NCBI GenBank assembly: GCA_963847445.1
Contig: CAWJZV010000014.1
Location: 232,173-296,172 of the forward strand
Direction of reading: 5' to 3'
Length of the DNA stretch: 64,000 nucleotides
Source of the DNA: an uncultured delta proteobacterium
GTDB taxonomy: Bacteria > Desulfobacterota > Binatia > UBA9968
Shown here: positions 57,465 to 64,000 of the stretch, piece by piece
Layout of the letters: the number at the start of each line of letters is the position of its first letter
Numbering within the stretch: the first letter of the stretch is position 1
The notes under the pieces: model-generated
The model's input: only the letters and a program-made list of their open reading frames with translations
Told to the model about the DNA's origin: nothing
Databases searched by the model: none
Position numbers and translations under genes: made by a program

Positions 57465-58409
57465 TCACCAACCATTCTTGTTAGACGCTATACTCATTCC
57501 CTGGCCACAGGGCACCCGTTCGCATTGCAGATCGGCGCCAACGGTCAGGGGACCCGTGTAGAACTTCTTCAGCTCAGCGATGGCAGTTTCAAGATCGAAC
57601 CGACCGATGTGACTGACAATCAGTCGCCCAACGCCAGCGTCTCGGGCGACGCGACCGACGACCGCAGGTGAAGCGTGAAGGGGATTATCACTTGCGGCAG
57701 TGTTGAGATGCATGATCAGGACATTCGCTCCCTTCGCGAACTCGATGAACGTGGGGTTGGTGCCGGTCTGATCGGAGCTGAATACTATCGACACATCCCG
57801 GTTTGCACGCGGTACGCCAGCGTCGGGAGATTGCCGTGCGGTATTCCCAGCGCGGTCACGGTCACTCCCTGCCGGTCGAACACTATCGACGGTTCTGCTT
57901 TCGTCACATCAACGACGCCGACATCGAGACGAACGCCTCCCCCCGTCTTGCCCTGCGTGGCCCCAGCGTGGGACCGAGCACTTGAAATGCGCCATTCTTC
58001 TCATCGAAGAGGCGACTGAGGAACGTCGGAAAGCTTGGCGCCACGTCGTTACCGGAAGGACCGACTATGGGCAACGGGTCCTTGCGAGTCTGATGGCTCA
58101 ACCACAGGAGAGCGGGCAGGTCAGAGACGTGGTCGGGATGAAGATGGCTTATGGCGACCAACGACAGGTCGCTGAGCTTTGCTTGGGCCTGGCCAAAGCG
58201 AAGGAAGGCTCCGCCGCCCATGTCGACAAGCACCCTCGCCTGAGCGCCGATCCAGAGGAGATAACTGGACGACGCGCGATCTCGATTGATCGCGGGTCCA
58301 CCAGAACCCAGGATTTGGACTGCGACTGGATTGTGCCGCACAGCTTTGAGCCGATGCGTTGGATGGAATTGCGAGAAGGGCGAGCAAGCACACGATCACG
58401 GATAATCAT
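57465..58409 (-). CDS. Secreted MBL-fold (RNase Z/arylsulfatase-like) hydrolase (several frameshifts)
   Basis: ILGSGGP, LVDMGGG, SHLHPDH, FSSDQ, LHASP, LIVSH. Confidence 0.8.
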
Positions 58410-58522
58410 GAGTGCACCTCCGTATACTTCAGCAAGTCGCTGAAATGTTAAGAATCCACGCTGTGCGCGTAACGTAGCGATCAGTTGGGCAGCAGCAAAA
58501 CCCGTAACCCGGAACAAACCAG

Positions 58523-59557
58523 CTACGCCGGCTTCACACCGGTAATCAGCGCGTAGGAAAAACTCCCCTTCACATGGGCGTGATCGCCATGGGAGTGCCA
58601 GGTGAAATAGTTTTTCTTCATGCGCTCGGCCAGCTCCGGCGCTTCCTTTTCCAACTCCAACGCCGCTTCGAGCCAGTGGCGGCCGGTGGGGATGCCGTCC
58701 ATGCCTTCTTGATTGAACGGGTACGAAATCACGCTCTTGCGCGGCACGCGGTAGCCGGCCTTGGTCAGCAAACGCTCGATGCTGCTCACCGTGTGAAAGC
58801 GAAAGCCGTCGCCATGGGTGCGGCGAAACACTTGATTGATCTTGGCTTCCAGCGCCACGTCGATGGCGTCTTTCGATTCCTCGATGACCGGATCGAGGAC
58901 GACGAAGCGGCCGCTTGGTTTGAGCACGCGCTGCACTTCGCCGACGACGCCGGCGGGATTGCCGAAGTGATGCAAGCTGAACGACACGAAGGCGCGGTCG
59001 AAGATACCGGACTTGAACGGCAGCTTGTCCGCCTCGCCGGCGCTCAATTCATAGCGCGCGATCGGATCTTTATGATGATGGCCGACGTCGAGCATCGCCA
59101 GCGCCTCGTCGACGCCGACGATGCGTCCGGATTGCATCTGCTTCGACAACGGCCTGGCGACGCGCCCGGTGCCGGTGGCCAAGTCCAGGATCGCTTCGCC
59201 GCCCTTGAGCGTCAGCGCCTCGATCAACTTGGTCGTCAACTGGCTGCGCATGTCCGACAGGCCGCGCTGGTCGAACTCGGCGGCATGAGCGGGATCTTTG
59301 AAGCGCGATTTGTGGTCGTGGCCATGGGAATGGCCGTGTTCGTGATCGTGTCCGTGATCGTCGGCGTGCCCATGTTCTTGTTCATGCCCATGATCCGAAC
59401 CGTGCGCGTGCGTATGTCCGTGCGCTTCCTGCCCATGATCGTCACCATGCGCTTCATGCGAATGTCCGTGATCATGTTTGTCGTCATGATGTTCATGGTC
59501 ATGTGCCTGCCCATGCGAATGCTCACCCTTATGCTCGTGCTTATGTTCGTCAGCCAT
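58523..59557 (-). CDS. Class I SAM methyltransferase with His-rich N-terminal tail
   Basis: About 30 His in the first ~82 aa; ILDLATGTG, LPF...FD, SLHH, RVLKPSG. Confidence 0.88.
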   Translation of the reverse strand: MADEHKHEHKGEHSHGQAHDHEHHDDKHDHGHSHEAHGDDHGQEAHGHTHAHGSDHGHEQEHGHADDHGHDHEHGHSHGHDHKSRFKDPAHAAEFDQRGLSDMRSQLTTKLIEALTLKGGEAILDLATGTGRVARPLSKQMQSGRIVGVDEALAMLDVGHHHKDPIARYELSAGEADKLPFKSGIFDRAFVSFSLHHFGNPAGVVGEVQRVLKPSGRFVVLDPVIEESKDAIDVALEAKINQVFRRTHGDGFRFHTVSSIERLLTKAGYRVPRKSVISYPFNQEGMDGIPTGRHWLEAALELEKEAPELAERMKKNYFTWHSHGDHAHVKGSFSYALITGVKPA

Positions 59558-59622
59558 CTTGGTATTCCTCTTCTACTTTTGCCTTTGAATTTGGGCCTTC
59601 CGGGTTTCCTGTGCAGAAATAT

Positions 59623-59712
59623 TCACCACAGAGACACAGAGTTCGCCGAGTTCGGAGAATATCTTAATCAAAAACTCTTTACTCCGCGTTCTCCGCGGTG
59701 CAAATTTCCGAG
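59623..59712. repeat. 9-bp-periodic inverted repeat element
   Basis: tcaccacagagacacagagttcgccgagttcgga ... ctccgcgttctccgcggtg. Confidence 0.6.
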
Positions 59713-59749
59713 CCGCGGTTCACGGGTAAGCCTGAAGCCCCTTTAATTT

Positions 59750-60163
59750 TTACTTTCTTTTCGACATTTCCATCATCGCGTCCCACTGTTCGTCGGTCAG
59801 CTTCATGATCGACAGGCGCGAATTGCGCACCAGATCGAATTTCGCCAGCTTCTTGTCGGCTTTTACTTCCGCCAAGGTCACCGGCTTGGCCAAGGCTTTC
59901 ACCGGCTCGATGTCGACCACCAGCATGCGCGGGTTGTCCTTGCCGGGATCGGAGTAGGCGCCGCCCAAAGCACGCGCGATGCCCACCGCCTGGCGCTCGT
60001 CGCCGGTGTGGTAAATGAAAATCTGATCGCCTTTCTTGATATCCTTCAAATGCATCAGCGCGAGATTATTCGCCACGCCGTCCCACATGGTCGATTTGTC
60101 TTTGACCAGCTGCTGGTATGAATAAACACTCGGTTCGGTCTTGAATAACCAACGGGTTGCCAT
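59750..60163 (-). CDS. EVE domain protein
   Basis: WLFKTEP, WDGVAN, GDQIFIYHTG, SRLSI. Confidence 0.92.
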   Translation of the reverse strand: MATRWLFKTEPSVYSYQQLVKDKSTMWDGVANNLALMHLKDIKKGDQIFIYHTGDERQAVGIARALGGAYSDPGKDNPRMLVVDIEPVKALAKPVTLAEVKADKKLAKFDLVRNSRLSIMKLTDEQWDAMMEMSKRK

Positions 60164-60285
60164 GAAACCTGTCCTCCTACTGGTTTATAAATCAGCATCA
60201 GGTGCCAATACAATCCCTGGACATTGGCAACGTCAAAGTCAGTGGTACCGTCGCGAATGAGTTTTCTCAGTTCAGTTTGTCCGAA

Positions 60286-60672
60286 AATCCCCCTTCCCCT
60301 CTTTCTAAACTAATCATGCGCCATATCTCATTGGCTGGACACGGGGGTTGAAGCAGATGCCTCATAGTGACCCCTTCCCCCTTTGGAAAAAGGGGGATTG
60401 AGGAGGATTTGGTTTCGGCGCGGGGAGGTTTCTTTAGCACCAGCGCGGCATTCCAGTGCTATTAATGGAGCTGCGTAGGCGCGACAAATATCCCCTAGCC
60501 CCTCTTTTCCAAAGAGGGGAACCGGAAAACCCGCCGCGACTTGAGAGCTTTACCACAATTCGTTGATTCCCTCGCACCCGCCGTGTCCAGCCAAAACATA
60601 TGGGCAACGATGAGTTTCCAAAGGGGGAATTGAAAGTCTCCCTTTGTAAAGGGAGATTTAGAGGGATTTTTA
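60286..60672. repeat. Composite REP cluster (CCCCCTTT...AAAGGGGG family) with internal inverted arms
   Basis: Several ccccctttggaaaaaggggg-type hairpins plus ttggctggacacgg / ccgtgtccagccaa. Confidence 0.7.
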
Positions 60673-60744
60673 ATCCTGCTCACACGACTTTGACGAAAAC
60701 TTGTCCCTTGACCTGTACGCTGGAAGCGCTGTATCCAATCGGTC

Positions 60745-61725
60745 ATGATCAATCGCAAACTTCACTTCGCACTATTGGCGGTATTCGCCCTCTTTGCTCC
60801 AACATCCTACGCCGCCGACAAGCTGCGCATTTCCTACTCGGCGGTCAACGCCACCCAGGCGTTTCTCTGGGTCGCCCAAGACCGCGGCATCTTCGCCAAG
60901 CACGGCCTCGAAGGCGAGCTGCTCTACATCAACAGCGGCACCATGAACATCGCCGCGCTGCTCGGCGGCAGCGTGCAGATCGCCGGCGGCGGGCCGGTGT
61001 CCATCGAAGCGCGGCTGCGCGGCATCAAGCTGACGATCCTGGGCAATCCGCTGCCCTGGCTGGCGTCGAATCTGGTCGTCCATCCCGACATCAAGTCCAT
61101 CCCCGACATGGCCGGCAAGCTCGCCGGCATTTCTCGCTTCGGCTCCTCCACCGACCAGGGCTTCCGCTACCTGTTTCGCAAGAATGGTTTGAACGTCGAC
61201 CGCGATTTAAAGATGTTGCAAATGGGCGGCGACTCGAGCCGCGTCGCGGCTTTAAAGACCGGCACGATCCAATTCACCTTCCTCGGCGCCGCCGCCACCG
61301 ACAACGCGCGCGCACTCGGTTTCCGCGTCCTGTCGACCGCCCAGCAGATGGCGATCCCTTTCCCGTGGACTTCGGTGGTGGTCGAAGAAGGCTGGTTGCT
61401 GAAAAATCGCGAGCTCGCCTACCGCTACATGAAATGCGCCACCGAGGCGGTCGTCACGTTGAAACGCAACCGCGCCGACAGCGAACGCACCATCGCCAAG
61501 TACATGAAGATCAGCGATCCCAAACTGATCGCGACAGAATTCGACTTCGTTTCCTCGCTGATGCCCGACTATATGGCGCCGACTTTGGAGGGACTCAAAG
61601 TCATCCTGGAAAACTTCGGCAAAGAATACCCCGACGCGCCAAAGCGCGACCCCAAAGAGTTCGCCGACGGCTCGATCATCGAGAGGTTGAAGCAGGAGAA
61701 ATTTGCCGAAGGGCTGAAGTTCTGA
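60745..61725 (+). CDS. NMT1/THI5-like substrate-binding protein
   Basis: Signal peptide; LRISYSA...GIFAKHGLE, GISRFGSSTD, FADGSIIERL. Confidence 0.9.
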   Translation: MINRKLHFALLAVFALFAPTSYAADKLRISYSAVNATQAFLWVAQDRGIFAKHGLEGELLYINSGTMNIAALLGGSVQIAGGGPVSIEARLRGIKLTILGNPLPWLASNLVVHPDIKSIPDMAGKLAGISRFGSSTDQGFRYLFRKNGLNVDRDLKMLQMGGDSSRVAALKTGTIQFTFLGAAATDNARALGFRVLSTAQQMAIPFPWTSVVVEEGWLLKNRELAYRYMKCATEAVVTLKRNRADSERTIAKYMKISDPKLIATEFDFVSSLMPDYMAPTLEGLKVILENFGKEYPDAPKRDPKEFADGSIIERLKQEKFAEGLKF

Positions 61726-61820
61726 ATGCGAAGTGACCGCTGGCTACTAAGTTTATCGCTTCCGACCTTTGCGAGCTTAGCGCCTTTGCGGGAGAAAATC
61801 CGAAATTAAGGAGGCTCATC

Positions 61821-62189
61821 ATGGCACGCATCCGTCATATCGCGATACTCACCGAAGACGTGGACAAGCTGGTGAAGTTTTACACCGAAGGCTTTGGCCT
61901 GAAAATCGTTCACGGCGTCGGCACGGCGACCTATCTCACCGACGGCCATATCAACTTGGCGATCATCCCCATCGGACCGGAACGGGAGATCGAAGGGCCG
62001 CAGCTTCAGACCGGCATCAACCACTTCGGCTTCGAGGTCGAAGACGTCACCGCCGTGCGCGAGGCTTGTAAGGGACTGAGCGCGGCGACGGACGTCAGGA
62101 AGCGCCCGCCCAACCGCGAAGCCGAATACCGCGTCCTCGACCCCGACGGCAATCCCATCGATCTATCGCAACATGGCTGGCCGCATTGA
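61821..62189 (+). CDS. VOC/glyoxalase family protein
   Basis: IRHIAI, FY...FGL, INHFGFEVED, DPDGNPIDL. Confidence 0.92.
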   Translation: MARIRHIAILTEDVDKLVKFYTEGFGLKIVHGVGTATYLTDGHINLAIIPIGPEREIEGPQLQTGINHFGFEVEDVTAVREACKGLSAATDVRKRPPNREAEYRVLDPDGNPIDLSQHGWPH

Positions 62190-62223
62190 CCGACGAAAGA
62201 TTCTCCACGCCAATGAGTTTTTT

Positions 62224-63073
62224 GTGAGCGCAACCTTGCTCCGCGTTGTTCTTATCGTCTCAGGATTTCTGTTGGTCATCAGCCTTTGGGGTTTTTATAC
62301 TTCGATTCGCCCACCGAAGATTATATCGTCGCTCACCCCGCGCGACTTAAAAATGAATCATGAGGACGTCTCGTTCAGAACCGCGGACGGTCTCCTGCTG
62401 CGCGGCTGGCATATCCCATCCGCTAAAACCACCGACAAGACCTGTGATCCTGCTCCATGGCTTTCCTGCGGATAAGGGAAACATCTTGCCTGCGTTGGCG
62501 TTTCTGCATGGCGATTTCAACCTGCTGTTGTTCGATTTCCGCTATCTCGGTCAAAGCGAGGGGAGCTATTCCACAGCGGGGGCCAAAGAGGTCGAGGATC
62601 TCCTGGCGGCCGTGCAATTTCTCAAAACCAGAGGCGTCAAAGAAGTGGGCGTGTGGGGATTTTCCATGGGCGGCGCCGTGGCTTTGATGGCCATCGAGAA
62701 AGCTCCCGAGATCAAAGCTGTCGTTGCCGAATCGAGCTACAGCAGCCTCGCGGACATGGCTTTGGAGCTGTTCAAAATTCCTGTGGTCAACTATCCCATC
62801 GCCTATCTTGTCGGTTTATGGTCCAAGCTTTTTCTTGGCATCGACCTAAGAGATGCCTCGCCGTCCGAACGAGTGCGCCATACTAAGGTGCCGATTCTCT
62901 TGATCCATTCGTCGGCGGATGCCGTGATTCCGTTTTCCCACGCGCGGTCGTTGCAAGAAGCGCTGAAAAACAATCCCCGCGCCGAATTTTGGTTTCACGA
63001 AGAATTTGCCCATGGTCAGCTAGCTGCCGATTACCAGAGCCGGGTGAGAAATTTCTTTGACAAAAACTTGTAA
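62224..63073 (+). CDS. Alpha/beta hydrolase with N-terminal TM (frameshift near 62440)
   Basis: LLHG, FDFRYLGQSEG, GFSMGG nucleophile elbow, D and H triad residues. Confidence 0.87.
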
Positions 63074-63150
63074 GCGCCCGTAGAAGCCTGAGCCCGCAGA
63101 GAAACGAGGGCGAGCGAACTAGCCGATTCTTCCTGTCCGTCCAGCCTGAC

Positions 63151-63232
63151 GCCCGCCCAACCGCGAAGCCGAATACCGCGTCCTCGATCCCGGACGGCAA
63201 TCCCATCGATCTATCGCAACATGGCTGGCCGC
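63151..63232 (+). repeat. Direct repeat of the VOC gene 3' end (62104-62184)
   Basis: gcccgcccaaccgcgaagccgaataccgcgtcctcga...gcaacatggctggccgc, nearly identical. Confidence 0.92.
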
Positions 63233-63266
63233 GCTGAGACATTTGACTAGCGCACGCTTGCAGCCT

Positions 63267-63699
63267 CTACACGAGTAACGACTGCAGCAGATAGGGCGTC
63301 ACCACGAACAGCAGCGCCGCGCCGACCACGATCACCGTCCATAGCCACCGCGCTGTGCTTGAAAAATTAGGACTCCGCCAAAGCAGCGGCAAAGCCAACG
63401 GGCCGACCAGCAGCAGCATGGCGACCACGTAACTTTTAACATAATAAAACTCCGCTGCGTGGCCGGCAGACTTAGCGACTTTGTAAGCATCGATGATGGC
63501 GCTCAACCAGAGGAGCAACAGAGCCAGCGCGGCGGTAATAGCGTTGAAACCAGTGAGCCAATAAGTAGCGATGCCCAGAACCAAACAGCAGGCAAAAATC
63601 ACCCAGCCTTTTTTCTGTTCCTGATTATAGATCTGCCCCAGTCCGGGGAGGAGCATCGATAACAGTAGTGCGAGAAGTGACTTTGCTCGCGGGGTCATG
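63267..63699 (-). CDS. Membrane protein (PGLGQIY motif, TM2/DUF5683-like)
   Basis: LSMLLPGLGQIYN...KG, IIDAY, GPLALPLLWRSP. Confidence 0.7.
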
Positions 63700-63795
63700 A
63701 CCAAGTACTCGATCCGGAACTGGCGTTTGTCGAACCTTTGCGCTGGTTCAGGAGTATCTCACCTCGTTAACAAGCCACTGAAAATCCCCTCGGAG

Positions 63796-63935
63796 TCCTT
63801 CGACATGCTCAGGACGAACGGAAATAGGTTTGAAGTACTTTAAACTCTTCCGTTCATGCTGAGCCCTCGACAAGCTCGGGACTCAAGGTCCAGTCGAGGG
63901 AGCCTGTCGTGAGCGATGTTGAACGATCGAAGCAT
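63796..63935. repeat. REP-like element (CCTTCGAC...GCTCAGGACGAACGG family)
   Basis: tccttcgacatgctcaggacgaacgg ... ccgttcatgctgagccctcgacaagctc ... tcgaagca. Confidence 0.65.
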
Positions 63936-64000
63936 GCTCCGCCTTTTTCCAGCAACCTATAAGCATCGCCGATGCCGGCCCTGTGGATTGTCGCTGTCCT

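Noticed and set aside
52670-58490. Complete integron with canonical attC sites
   Set aside because: No intI gene and no 55-140 nt R''-L''-L'-R' palindromes; the GTTAGGA at 57458 also sits in a local hairpin and may be chance
58574-59746. Long antisense ORFs (this one, 5582..6457, 16269..17192, 44583..45455 and others)
   Set aside because: Shadow frames of high-GC genes with no motifs

Overview
GC-rich bacterial window. The paralog expansions (NMT1/THI5-type binding proteins, Rieske oxygenases, amidohydrolases, ComDE-like pairs) suggest a Candidatus Binatia-like deltaproteobacterial genome; this is inference only. 1-23.3 kb is a flagellar cluster (flgF/G 5' part, two DUF2802-like paralogs, fliA, flhG, flhF, flhA, flhB, fliRQPO, fliL, HDOD-REC, motAB, fliNM) with sigma54 and sigma28 promoter motifs and an embedded four-gene phosphorelay that includes a degenerate GGDEF protein. 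25-49 kb is an aromatic/heterocycle catabolic region: four Rieske oxygenase alpha genes, LigB-like, RraA/LigK-like, two ComDE-like TPP decarboxylase pairs, an orphan Mo-hydroxylase large subunit, UbiD, DapA-like and binding proteins. At 49 kb is tRNA-Val(CAC) beside an integrase N-terminal remnant and an excisionase-like HTH gene. 52.7-58.5 kb is a cassette-like string of small genes (toxin-antitoxin modules, GFA, CDF transporter, HEPN/AbiU2, MBL hydrolase) with integron-core-like heptamers at gene edges. It hides an AhpD/CMD-like selenoprotein (C-D-P-UGA plus a SECIS-like hairpin) that the ORF track splits. A His-rich methyltransferase, EVE protein, VOC protein and hydrolase follow. About 20 genes carry frameshifts, probably long-read indels, and intergenic DNA holds several REP/MITE-like repeat families. 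All calls are by eye; no searches were run.
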